Source: Azolla caroliniana (Eukaryota > Plantae > Polypodiophyta). From it: a DNA stretch of 64,000 nt. The notes below the pieces were generated by a model that was given only the letters and a program-made list of their open reading frames with translations, searched no databases and was not told the origin of the DNA. This document shows positions 17,053 through 27,663 of this stretch, piece by piece (the stretch's first letter is position 1; every line of letters starts with the position of its first letter). A program made the translations under genes and the position numbers. The DNA lies in NCBI GenBank assembly GCA_043228905.1, contig JBHGNT010000006.1:19592001-19656000 (forward strand), written 5' to 3'.

Positions 17053-20000
17053 TGTTGAGAATCGACGCTCCGATTCACCTTCACCTCTCGGCCACAACCA
17101 AGGAAATACACGAATCGTTGTTGCAGAAAAGTGGGAAATACAGAGAAAGACACGATAACACAGGGATTAACGTGGAAAACCCTATACGGGAAAAACCACG
17201 GGAGTCCTCAAACTCCAACTATCACTATGAACAGGGATGTACACTGGTGAAGCTACAAGGCAACGACCTTGAGCTCACTGTCTTCGCCACAGGCGGCGGT
17301 AATACACAGAGGCAACAACCTCTTCGTCTCTCTCTCTCTCTCTATCTCTCTCGGCTGCTCTCACTTCGCATAAAAATGAGCAACAACAAAAAAACTGTTT
17401 GCCCTAAGTCATATTTATACACATATGACTTTCGGGCTATTTACAAATGTAGCCTCAAGGGCTCTTGGCAAACATATTCACAAATGTGTCCCCGCATCCG
17501 GATCTCTCTCCGGGTACATTCGGCATCCGGCTCCGTAGCCGGGGTCTTCATCATCCGGCTCCGTAGCCGGGGTCTTCATCATCCGTCTCCATACCGGGTA
17601 CTCTTCACATCCGGAGAGTGCGCTCACCGGGCCTGTATCTTCATCCGGTTCCGTAACCGTAACCGGGCTTGCCGTCATTCTCTCCGGACATCCCATCCGG
17701 AGGGACCGATATCCCAACAAACTCCCCCTTCACTTCGGCATGGGATGTCGCTCCAATCTGATCCTCTTCCGGCATGCTTCCAGCTTGTCGGGTGTGAGCA
17801 CCTTGGTCAGCATATCCGACCCGTTCTCGTCCGTGTGGATCTTTGTCAGCACGAACTCCTGGTCTTCTATCCTTTCCCGGATCCAGTGATATCTTCGCTG
17901 GATGTGTTTCGTCCGGGAATGATAGGCCGCGTTCTTTGCAAGGTGGATGGCACTCTGACTATCGCAGTAGAGTCGGTACTCCTCCTGCCGGATCCCGAGC
18001 TCTCTAATGAAGTCCTTCATCCATATTATTTCCTTGCCGGCTTCAACAGCCGCCATGTACTCCACCTCCGTGGTTGACAACGCAACCGTCTTCTGCAGCC
18101 TCGACTGCCACGAAACAGCTCCCCCTGCATACGTCATCACATACCCTGATGTGGACCGGCTGGTATCTGCATCAGCCGACATATCCGAATCGGTAAAGCC
18201 GTCAAGTTCGGGCTTACCGGAGCCGAATCGGAGGCACACGTTTGCCGTGCCCTTCAGGTATCGGAGTATCCACTTGACCGCGTTCCAATGCTCTTTGCCG
18301 GGATTGCTCATGTACCGGCTCACCACTCCGACTGCATATCCTATGTCCGGTCTCGTACACACCATGGCGTACATCAAGCTCCCGACGGCTGAGGCATACG
18401 GCACTTTCATCATATCCTCCTTTTTAGCCTTTGTCTTGGGACTTTGCTTGTTGGACAGCTTGCAGTTTGCCGGGAGAGTCGACCCGACTGGTCTTGCTTC
18501 CGACATGTTGAACCGTTGAAGCACCTTTGTCACATACTTCTCCTGTGACAGCCACAACTGCTTCTTCTTCCGGTCTCGGATGATGTGCATCCCTAGTATT
18601 TGCCTCGCCGGACCCAGGTCTTTCATTGAGAAGGTTCGGTGGAGAGCCTTCTTCAGCATCCGTATCTTGACCTGGTCCCGTCCGACGATCAACATGTCGT
18701 CCACGTACAGGAGGAGTATTAGAGAGTCTCCTCCGTCGAACTTCTTCACAAACACGCAGTGGTCGGACTGCGTTTTGTGGTACCCTTCGTCGGTCATGAA
18801 AGAGTCGAACTTCCGGTACCATTGCCGGGGAGCCTGCTTCAGTCCATAAAGGCTCTTCTTCAACCGGCATACCAAGTGCTCCTTCTCTTTCTTCTCGAAT
18901 CCTTCCGGTTGCTGCATGTATATTTCTTCTTCGAGGTCACCGTGAAGGAATGCCGTCTTCACGTCCATCTGTTCTACCTCGAGGTCCATGCTTGCCGCTA
19001 TGCTCAGCACCGTCCGGATGGAGGTCATCTTCACTACCGGGGCAAATATCTCGTCGAAGTCGACGCCCTTCTTCTGCTGGAACCCCTTCACCACGATCTT
19101 GGCTTTGTATCTCGGGGGGTTTCCGGCATCTCCCGGTTTCAGCTTGAACACCCACTTGTTACGGAGTGCCCGTTTTCCTTTCGGCAACTCCACAAGTTCA
19201 TATGTGTGGTTCTCATACAGGGAATCCATCTCCTCCTGCATGGCACTTAACCACCTGCAGCTATGAGTGTCATGCTTCGCTTCTTCAAAGCTCTCCGGCT
19301 CCCCCTCGTCGGTTAGTAGCACGTGCTCTGTTTCTGGAAATCTCCGGGGGGCCCTTCTCTCTCTTAGAGGATATCTCCGTTCCGGAGCTTCGGTAACCGG
19401 TTCTTCCGATTCTTCTTCATCCGAATCCATTTCGGGATCGGGGCCGGTTCCGGTATCATTTTCATCTTCTTCGGCCGGTTCTGATTCTTCACCGTCTTCG
19501 GCCGGATCTTCGAGTGTTAACCGGTCCCTTGCCGGTCGGGACTGCTCCTCGTAGGGTTGATCCTCACCGGTCGACTTGGAGCTCTTCATCTTCTTCTCCG
19601 ACTCCCAGTCGGCGAGTGTCTTGTCCTCCATGAAGATGATGTCTCGACTCCTGAATATCTTCTTGTCGACCGGGTCCCATACTCGGTAGCCGAACTCGTC
19701 GTCGCCGTAACCAAGGAATATGCATGGCCGGGTCTTTGGATCTAGCTTTCCTCTCCGGTCCTTTGCCACATGCACATATGCGAGACACCCGAATACCTTC
19801 AGATGCCGGTAGGACACTTCCTTACCGGTCCACACTCTCTGTGGCGTGTCTCCATCCAGAGGTACTGAGGGTGATCTATTTATCACATATGTCGCCGTCG
19901 ACATTGCCTCAGCCCAAAATCCCTTGGGTAATTTCGCATGCGCCAGCATACTCCGGACCCTCTCCATTATGGTCCGGTTCATCCTCTCGGCCAGCCCGTT

Positions 20001-22500
20001 CAGTTCCGGCGTCTTCGGCACTGTAAACTCGAGCCGGATTCCCTTCGAACGGCAATACTCCTCAAATTGCCCTCGGTATTCTCCTCCGTTATCCGCTCGT
20101 ATCGCTTTCAGCTTCTTGCCGGATTCTCTTTCCACTCTCGCGTGGAGTTCTTTGAAGACGGACAATACTTGGTCCTTTGTCTTCAGCGGTGCCGTCCACA
20201 GCTTCCGGCTGTGATCATCTATGAATGTTACGAAGTACTGGGCTCCGCCATGTGACTTCGTTTCTACCTGACACACATCAGAGTGCACCAATTCCAATGG
20301 TGCGCTACGTCTCGTCGGTGGCCTTGAGTGGAAGGAGGTTCGGTTCTGCTTACCGGCCAGGCAATCGGTGCACTTCTCCAGGTGCACATGCTTCACTGGA
20401 ATGAGGTTGTCATCTGCAAGCCTCTTCATCCCCTTCTCACTCATGTGGCACAGTCTCTTGTGCCACAGCTCACCGGCAGTGTCGGCTGCCACGTTCAGCT
20501 CTTCCGGACATAACCGGGCATTCATCAGGTACAACGTGTTAACTTTCCGGGCCCGAGCCACTATCAGACTCCCCTTGCTGAACTTCATTACGCCGTTCCG
20601 GATGCTACCTGTGTAGCCTTCATCATCTAGCCTCCCGGCCGAAATCAGGTTCAATCGAACCTCCGGAACGTGTCGGACATCCTTCAGCAGCATTTTGCAT
20701 CCGGTCGAGGTTGTTAACCACACGTCTCCTATGCCGGCAATCCGGCACGTACCTTCATTTCCCATCCGAACGCAGCCATGCTCACCGGCTGTGTAGGATG
20801 AGAAGTATCTTCTCTCCGGGGTCAGGTGGAACGATGCTCCGGAATCGACCACCCAGGTCGTCTCATCGCCGGCAATGTTTAGTTCACCTTCTTCGGTGAT
20901 GAGCATGATCTCCTCTTCACTTGCCGCGAGTGCCGTCGTTCCTTTCCGGTCCTGCCCTCGCCGATCCGGACCTCTCCGGTCCGTGGCTCCCCGGTATGCA
21001 CCGTTTCGCTCCGGTGACTTCTTCGAATCGGTACCGTCGGTTCCGTCGTCTTTTCGGTAATGCCGACAGTTCTTCCGGAAGTGCCCCGGCTTCCCACAGT
21101 GGAAGCATGTGGGCCTTCCTCTTGACTGCGACCGGGTCCCCGACTTCTCCCGTCTTTGCGGACTCCGGTTCCATTGTCTTCCCCGTTCCGATTCGGTAAG
21201 CAGCGCCTTCGAGTCGGAGACCGGTTCTTTATCTCTCCGACGCGCTTCTTCGTTTAAAATACTTGTCTTTACCGTTTGTAGGGACAAGTTATCTTCGGTG
21301 CAGGAGGTGCTGAGAGTCACCACCAAGTTCTCCCAGCTTTCCGGCAATGTACACATCAGAATGATGGCTTGCATTGCATCCTCCAACGGGAACTTGATCG
21401 CCGCAAGCTGGTTCACGAATCCCATGAACGTGCTTACGTGTTCCACCATACTCTCGCCGTCCCGGTACTTGAGGTTCACTATCTTCCTCATCAGGGAGGT
21501 CCGGTTCAACGCATTCTTCCTCTCGTAGAGGCCCGACAGCTTCCGCCACATCTCATATGCGTTGATGTCGTTCACCACATGTTGTAGAATGCTCACGTCG
21601 ACGTATTGCCGAATGGTTGCAACGGCTTTCCGGTTCAGAAGCCTCCATTCCGACTCAAGTACCCCCTTCGGTATTTCCGACCTGTCAATCGGTTCGTACA
21701 AGTCCCGAACAATCAGAAGATCCTCCATCTTGATCTTCCAATCGGCGTAGTTCTGCGCATTCAGCACCATCATCCCCGGCTGCCCGCTGGCGCCGCCTTC
21801 CATTTTCTGCAGCAGTTCGCTCTGATACCACTTTGTTGAGAATCGACGCTCCGATTCACCTTCACCTCTCGGCCACAACCAAGGAAATACACGAATCGTT
21901 GTTGCAGAAAAGTGGGAAATACAGAGAAAGACACGATAACACAGGGATTAACGTGGAAAACCCTATACGGGAAAAACCACGGGAGTCCTCAAACTCCAAC
22001 TATCACTATGAACAGGGATGTACACTGGTGAAGCTACAAGGCAACGACCTTGAGCTCACTGTCTTCGCCACAGGCGGCGGTAATACACAGAGGCAACAAC
22101 CTCTTCGTCTCTCTCTCTCTCTCTCTCTCTCTCGGCTGCTCTCACTTCGCATAAAAATGAGCAACAACAAAAAAACTGTTTGCCCTAAGTCATATTTATA
22201 CACATATGACTTTCGGGCTATTTACAAATGTAGCCTCAAGGGCTCTTGGCAAACATATTCACAAATGTGTCCCCGCATCCGGATCTCTCTCCGGGTACAT
22301 TCGGCATCCGGCTCCGTAGCCGGGGTCTTCATCATCCGGCTCCGTAGCCGGGGTCTTCATCATCCGTCTCCATACCGGGTACTCTTCACATCCGGAGAGT
22401 GCGCTCACCGGGCCTGTATCTTCATCCGGTTCCGTAACCGTAACCGGGCTTGCCGTCATTCTCTCCGGACATCCCATCCGGAGAGACCGATATCCCAACA
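17053..22500 (-). mobile_element. Intact, young Ty1/copia element (Tnt1/Tork-like)
   Basis: 667-bp LTRs 17053-17719 and 21834-22500 with only two substitutions seen by eye; TSD GATCA; PBS 21819-21830; PPT 17720-17730; single uninterrupted ORF. Confidence 0.97.
17730..21803 (-). CDS. Copia gag-pol polyprotein, 1357 aa from the ATG after the PBS
   Basis: CFHCGKPGHFRKNC; VDSGAS; HKRLCH...CTDC; HSDVC, DNGGEY, AERMNRT; GKLDPK; LYVDDM; DSD, STTEVEY, CDSQSA, DMLTK. Confidence 0.95.
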   Translation of the reverse strand: MEGGASGQPGMMVLNAQNYADWKIKMEDLLIVRDLYEPIDRSEIPKGVLESEWRLLNRKAVATIRQYVDVSILQHVVNDINAYEMWRKLSGLYERKNALNRTSLMRKIVNLKYRDGESMVEHVSTFMGFVNQLAAIKFPLEDAMQAIILMCTLPESWENLVVTLSTSCTEDNLSLQTVKTSILNEEARRRDKEPVSDSKALLTESERGRQWNRSPQRREKSGTRSQSRGRPTCFHCGKPGHFRKNCRHYRKDDGTDGTDSKKSPERNGAYRGATDRRGPDRRGQDRKGTTALAASEEEIMLITEEGELNIAGDETTWVVDSGASFHLTPERRYFSSYTAGEHGCVRMGNEGTCRIAGIGDVWLTTSTGCKMLLKDVRHVPEVRLNLISAGRLDDEGYTGSIRNGVMKFSKGSLIVARARKVNTLYLMNARLCPEELNVAADTAGELWHKRLCHMSEKGMKRLADDNLIPVKHVHLEKCTDCLAGKQNRTSFHSRPPTRRSAPLELVHSDVCQVETKSHGGAQYFVTFIDDHSRKLWTAPLKTKDQVLSVFKELHARVERESGKKLKAIRADNGGEYRGQFEEYCRSKGIRLEFTVPKTPELNGLAERMNRTIMERVRSMLAHAKLPKGFWAEAMSTATYVINRSPSVPLDGDTPQRVWTGKEVSYRHLKVFGCLAYVHVAKDRRGKLDPKTRPCIFLGYGDDEFGYRVWDPVDKKIFRSRDIIFMEDKTLADWESEKKMKSSKSTGEDQPYEEQSRPARDRLTLEDPAEDGEESEPAEEDENDTGTGPDPEMDSDEEESEEPVTEAPERRYPLRERRAPRRFPETEHVLLTDEGEPESFEEAKHDTHSCRWLSAMQEEMDSLYENHTYELVELPKGKRALRNKWVFKLKPGDAGNPPRYKAKIVVKGFQQKKGVDFDEIFAPVVKMTSIRTVLSIAASMDLEVEQMDVKTAFLHGDLEEEIYMQQPEGFEKKEKEHLVCRLKKSLYGLKQAPRQWYRKFDSFMTDEGYHKTQSDHCVFVKKFDGGDSLILLLYVDDMLIVGRDQVKIRMLKKALHRTFSMKDLGPARQILGMHIIRDRKKKQLWLSQEKYVTKVLQRFNMSEARPVGSTLPANCKLSNKQSPKTKAKKEDMMKVPYASAVGSLMYAMVCTRPDIGYAVGVVSRYMSNPGKEHWNAVKWILRYLKGTANVCLRFGSGKPELDGFTDSDMSADADTSRSTSGYVMTYAGGAVSWQSRLQKTVALSTTEVEYMAAVEAGKEIIWMKDFIRELGIRQEEYRLYCDSQSAIHLAKNAAYHSRTKHIQRRYHWIRERIEDQEFVLTKIHTDENGSDMLTKVLTPDKLEACRKRIRLERHPMPK

Positions 22501-23298
22501 GATCATTTATGATCACTCGCCCGTCTCGGTAAAAGGCGCGATGGCCTTCTTTACGAGCTTGCATAACTCGTGGCATACAACTCTTGCGATGCTCAATTTG
22601 CATCTTAGTGAGGTCTTCATCGAGATAGATGGGGTCCCCATCCATTCCGAGAAGGATTGGTCTCTTCTTAAAGAAAGTGATTCTAGAGTCTAAGTCTTTA
22701 AATTGAAGGACTAAGGCTCTCTTCCTAGTTGTGTCATGCCTGGCCCTCCATGCTTTGGTGATAGGTAGGGCCTCTGTGTACCCTAACATTTTCCCAAGTG
22801 TTTGTGCGTCCTCATTTGGGGATGCACCTTCCTTGAGCCCAGTGACACGTACATTTAAGCGTCGGGCCTGACGCATTTTCTCTTCTTCAAGGGTGGTATT
22901 AACAATATTTTCATCTTTTATTTCTTTTTTAATGTTTCTTTTAACCACATCTACCCAACCCGTTTTAGCTAACTCTATGTTATTATTAACTTCCTCTTTA
23001 ACTTTTTAATTTCGTCCTTTATATCCTCTATAGAGGATATTTCACCATCTTCTCGAGATACCTCGATGTCCTTAAGTTGTTTTTTAAGGTCGGTGTTTTC
23101 TACTTTAAGTTGTTCTATTTCGGCCTTGAGGGCGTCTTTTTCCTCTCTATCTTTTTTCTTGTGGGTTTCGGTCTCTTTCACCCATTTTTTCATATCCATC
23201 TCTATTTTTGTTAAACGATTAAACATATCTAAAAAGTCCTCCTTACTTATAGCCTCGTCTTGTATATCCTTATGTTCCTTAGTTCGTTTAGACGTCAT
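22501..23298 (-). pseudogene. LINE ORF1 (coiled coil plus L1/Tnp22-type RRM-CTD); last codons at 17034-17052 beyond the copia insertion
   Basis: Coiled coil 22975-23298; RRLNVRVTGLKE...LVLQF...IYLDEDLT...; one frameshift near 22960. Confidence 0.8.
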
Positions 23299-23907
23299 TG
23301 TGGTGTCAATAAGAAAAAAAGGTAAAATAAATGGGTTCGAGACTTAGCCGAGTTTGTGTGTATGTCGCAATCACATCGGCATTTTGTAGCATGCGACGAG
23401 CACACCAAAAGAACCCACCCACGAACTCATCCAGAAAATGGCACTTCACAACGTCAAGAGAAAACGGAGAAGAAACACCCCGTGACGGCGACGGCTGCAG
23501 CGGCTGCAGACGATGGCGACGGCGACAGCGACGACAGCGACAGCAACGGCAGAGAGAGCCGTTACACATCGATAGCAACGGCAGCGACAGCAACGGCCAA
23601 GCGAGAGAGCAACATCAACTCAATTTCAAAAATATCACTTTGTACATACAATGTGCTCACTGCTTTTATACAAGTCCTTAAAATGACTGACAGAAGTATT
23701 GACATGTACTTCAATGCTCATACGAACGACTCACACTGACTCCCAGATACATGCCTATGTATTAGGCTAGGGCCGTAGGCTCCAATAGCCTACCGGTTCT
23801 CACTATTCAGTTCTATCTGGGTACCTATCCGGTTCTCCGCTCCGGATACCAATCCGGCTCTAACCTACTCAACCGATCCGGATCCAATTGAGCTTGTCCG
23901 CTCAACA

Positions 23908-25593
23908 CCTCGGCTTTAAGGAACTCAAGGACCTGGTGTGCAAGGCTCCTTCGCGTCTTTTACTAGATCCTTCAAAACCTTTTCAGGTTGAAACTAATGC
24001 AAGAGATTATGCTATAGGTGCTATCCTATATCAAGATGGTAAACCAATAGCATTTGAGAGTAAGAAACTTGATTCTGCTTAGTGTTAGTATACCATGCAA
24101 GAAAATGAATTATTTGCAATTATTCATGCGCTAGAGTCATGGCATCATTGTCTTTATGGAAATCGTTTTGTGGTATCTATGAACCACGAGTCCTTGAAAT
24201 ATTTTTGTGACCAATAAGATCTCAAAGGTCGTAAGGCACAATAGGTAGATCTCATCCAGGACTTTGATTTTTCCATATGATATCATAAAGGTTCCATGAA
24301 CACTATCATTGATGCATTGAGTCACATCCGTGAAGTTAACATGCTTAGCTTCACTGAAATAACATCAGATCTTTATGATCACCTTTGAGGAAAGTATCCT
24401 GATGACAGTTATTTTGGTAAATATTGGGCAAAAGTTGAGTTTGGAACAGACACCACGACATCCTCGAAGGAATCCTTCCACATTGCAAACGGTCTGCTCT
24501 ACCGTAATGGGAAGGTTTGTGTTCCAGATTTGCCTGAGGTGAAAAAAAATCTTTTTGAATGCCATGATACATCCTTAGTAGGGCACCTTGGAATACATCA
24601 CACACTCGCTCTCATCTCCACTCAATTCTATTGGCCTAAGATGCATCCTGAAATACATAGCTATGTGACAAAATGTCACGAGTGTCTGGTTAAAAAAGCC
24701 AAGCGACTTAAAGCCGTTGGACTTTTACATCCCTTGGAAATTCCCAACAATAAGTGGGAAAGTATATCCATGGATTTTATTGTTAGCCTTCCTCGCACCC
24801 AAAAAGGTCATGATGCCATCTAGGTTGTGGTTGATAGACTAACTAAAATGGCAAGATTCATTGCTACAAAAACCACGGTAACAGCTCCTCAATTGGCTTA
24901 CTAATTCGTTGACGAGTTATTTTGTTTTTATGGGTTACCAATGGATATTGTGAGTGATTGAGATCCAAAGTTTACTAGCGACTTTTGGACGCAAGTCTTT
25001 AAGAAGTTAGAAACTACATAGAGTGTTGAGATATCAAGTTCAACAAGATTTAGTTAGTTAGTCAACAAACGTAACTCAGTAGTTACCTAGATAGAATCTA
25101 GTTAGTGTGTTGACCTTAAAGCCTTAAATAGGATTTTGTACTTGAGTGGGATACATTGTAGATCCTCCACTCCCATGTTCATTTAATATAGGACTTAAAC
25201 ATTTGTACCTATATTTGACTCACACATGTGCACCTTTGCACATGAGATGTATATATACCTCATTGTAGGTATTTTTGTATTTGATGATGCTTTTTAATAT
25301 AGTTAATCATCCCCCATCTTGTCTCGTTGTCATAATTGTTAATTTCCTCTTCCTCTTCCTCTCACACACATATCACTTAATCTTCCGCTACTTAATCATA
25401 TAATTAGGTACTAATTAACCCTTGCTTAATTACCCAATTCTTAACATAGAGCATGAGCTCCACGAATCATCCTCAATCCGATGGACAGACAGAAGGAGTA
25501 AATCAAATTATTGAGGACATGCTTCGAGCATACGTTGGTGCAAAACCAACAAAATGGGAACGTTATCTCCCAAATTTGGAGTTTTCTTATAAC
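23908..25593 (+). mobile_element. Ty3/gypsy (chromovirus-type) pol fragment, RNase H and integrase, degenerate
   Basis: PFQVETNARDYAIGAILYQDGKPIAFESKKL; HDTSLVGHLG...CHEC; WESISMDFIVSLP; HPQSDGQTE...IEDMLRAY after the solo LTR. Confidence 0.9.
25024..25446 (+). repeat. Solo LTR related to LTRs of 7980-11388
   Basis: TG...CA termini; TSD TAGAG on both sides; extensive similarity to 7980-8511. Confidence 0.93.
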
Positions 25594-27362
25594 TGAAAGA
25601 CAGATATGCGCGGAAACGTATGTGAGGACTTGTCGCTTATGCTCAACAAACAACACAGAGGGAAGGCAAGAAGATATAGACAAATGATATATACATACAA
25701 ATAAAGCTTTAATGGAAGCTTTAATGTACAGGATGATCAAGTGATCTCTTCTTTACAATGTTACATTATTGCTTATATACTAAACCCTAACTATATGGAC
25801 GAGTTCAGACTAGGATACAGGGTGGAAGGAGTCGGCCTTTTATGCCAACAAACTCCCCAGTAAAAGGACTACTCTTTTCTACATGTAGATATGTTTGGGA
25901 TTGTCTCCCCTGTAAACCTAGATTACCACACTAATCTAGATTTATGTTACACATCCATCGGCATGTAGTTGAGTCGGCAAAGGTGAGGTCCATGTCGAGC
26001 CTAGCATGGCTCATTATCATGATTGATTCGGTCGACTCTTACCTTCCGCTCCTCGTTCGACTTTCTTTTGCTCGATCACTTGTCGTAGTCCCATCTTTGT
26101 CCTTAGTGCTCCGAAGCATTGATTTAGGAGTGGCTTTGTTAAGCAATTGGCGATGTTCACCTCAGTGTCGATCTTCTAGACTTCGAGCCTCTTCTCAGTT
26201 ATAAGCTCCAGGATGGGATGATACCGTACCTCAATGTGCTTCGTCTTTCCGTGATAGACGGGATTGTTAATGAGGTGAATTGCGCTCTTCGAGTCGCAAT
26301 AGATGGTCGGCATTGGTCGGTCGATTCGGCTTGTAGATGAGAAGTTGGTAGACAGTCAGTGCAGCTAGATCGCTTCCTTCGCTGCCTCCAATGTTGCTAT
26401 GTACTCAGCCTCTGTGGTCGACAGGGTCGTGCACTCTTGAAACTTCGACCTCCATGATATCGCACCGCCACCATAGGTGAAAATATTGCCTGAGACTTCC
26501 GATTATCCGTATTTCCGGCATAGTCGGAATCAGTGTAGCCTTCGACTTCGACTGAGGTTGTCAAACCAAAAGTCAGTTGTGTATCTTCGGTCCCTCTCAG
26601 ATACCTGAAGATGTGCTTGACAGCCTCCCAATGCTTCCGTCCTGGGTTTGACATGTACTGGCTGACCACTCCTACGACATAGGTTAGGTCAGGTTAGGTC
26701 GCCACCATTGCATACAGGATACTTCCTATAGCCGATGCGTAGGGCATCTTTCCATTAAGCTCTCTCTCCTTGTTCGTTGAAGGAGAGTCTTTGTCTAATA
26801 GTTGGATCGATGTCGGAAGCGGTGTTGGTGCTGGCTTCGTATTCTACATGTTGAAGCGCCTCAGCACCTTCCGAATATAGTTGGACTGGGAGAGTCAGAG
26901 ATTCGTGGTCGTCTGATTTCGATCGATCCTCATGCCTAGTATGTGATGGGCTTGTCCGAGTTCCTTCATCGCGAACTTGTTGTGAAGGCTCCGATTCAAC
27001 TTTCCGATCTCTGCTTGATTGCTTCTTGCAATCGGCATATCGTCGACATATAGGATTAGATAAATCCTAGACTTGTCGGCCAGTTGTTGAACATACATAC
27101 ATGGGTCGGAGTCGGATCGGCGGTATCCAAGCTGCCTGATGTAGGAGTCGAACTTTTGGTACCACATCCTCGGCACTTGTTTTAAGCCATAGAGACTTTT
27201 CTTCAGTTGACATACAAGGTGACTTTCCTCCCTCGTTGCCGTGAAGCCTGCCGGTTGAGACATGTAGATGTCTTATTCCAGATCTCCGTGTAGGAATGCG
27301 GTCCTTACATGCAGCTGCTCTAGCTCTAGGTCTTTTGTCGCCACAACTCCTAGTAAGAGTCG
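25594..27362 (-). mobile_element. Ty1/copia family A copy 2: 3' LTR, PPT, RNase H/RT fragment
   Basis: LTR 25594-25850 similar to 5733-6041; PPT-like aactcccc at 25851; RT/RH nearly collinear with 2058-3000. Confidence 0.88.
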
Positions 27363-27612
27363 TGTGGGAAATAGCGTGGAATATTGCTCAGCCACAACCG
27401 ATTCTTGAATCACTTCGATGAGAATCAAACACAGAAATGGGGTTGTAGATTAGTACACATACACACATAGACAATAGAGGGTACACAGGATGTTTACGTG
27501 GAAAACCCTAATAGGGAAAATCCACGAGAGCCCACAAACTCCGAACTATCACTATATAAGAAAGGTACAATCAACCTTCGCCAAACAGCAGTTACGACAG
27601 AGTATTGCTCTG

Positions 27613-27663
<51 letters not shown>

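Larger units (their letters stand above)
13066..23600 (-). mobile_element. Full-length non-LTR retrotransposon (RTEX/CR1-like LINE), decayed, interrupted by copia 17053-22500
   Basis: GC-rich 5' UTR ~23300-23600; ORF1; ORF2 with APE, RT and CCHC; 3' tail (TTTC)n then (TC)n at 13066-13116; TSD gcgagagag at 13057-13065 and 23601-23609. Confidence 0.85.

Noticed and set aside
17019-18077. 352-aa and 286-aa (21833-22693) plus-strand ORFs running through the LTRs
   Set aside because: Antisense to the copia, cross element boundaries, include microsatellite translation, and are not continuous in the related LTR at 27363-28091.
21804-21878. 25-aa N-terminal extension of the 1382-aa ORF call
   Set aside because: Starts at a non-ATG codon inside the LTR and reads through the PBS; the ATG at 21803 is the plausible start.
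22259-22500. C-terminal 80 aa of the 229-aa ORF
   Set aside because: Artefact of LINE ORF1 reading into the inserted copia LTR.
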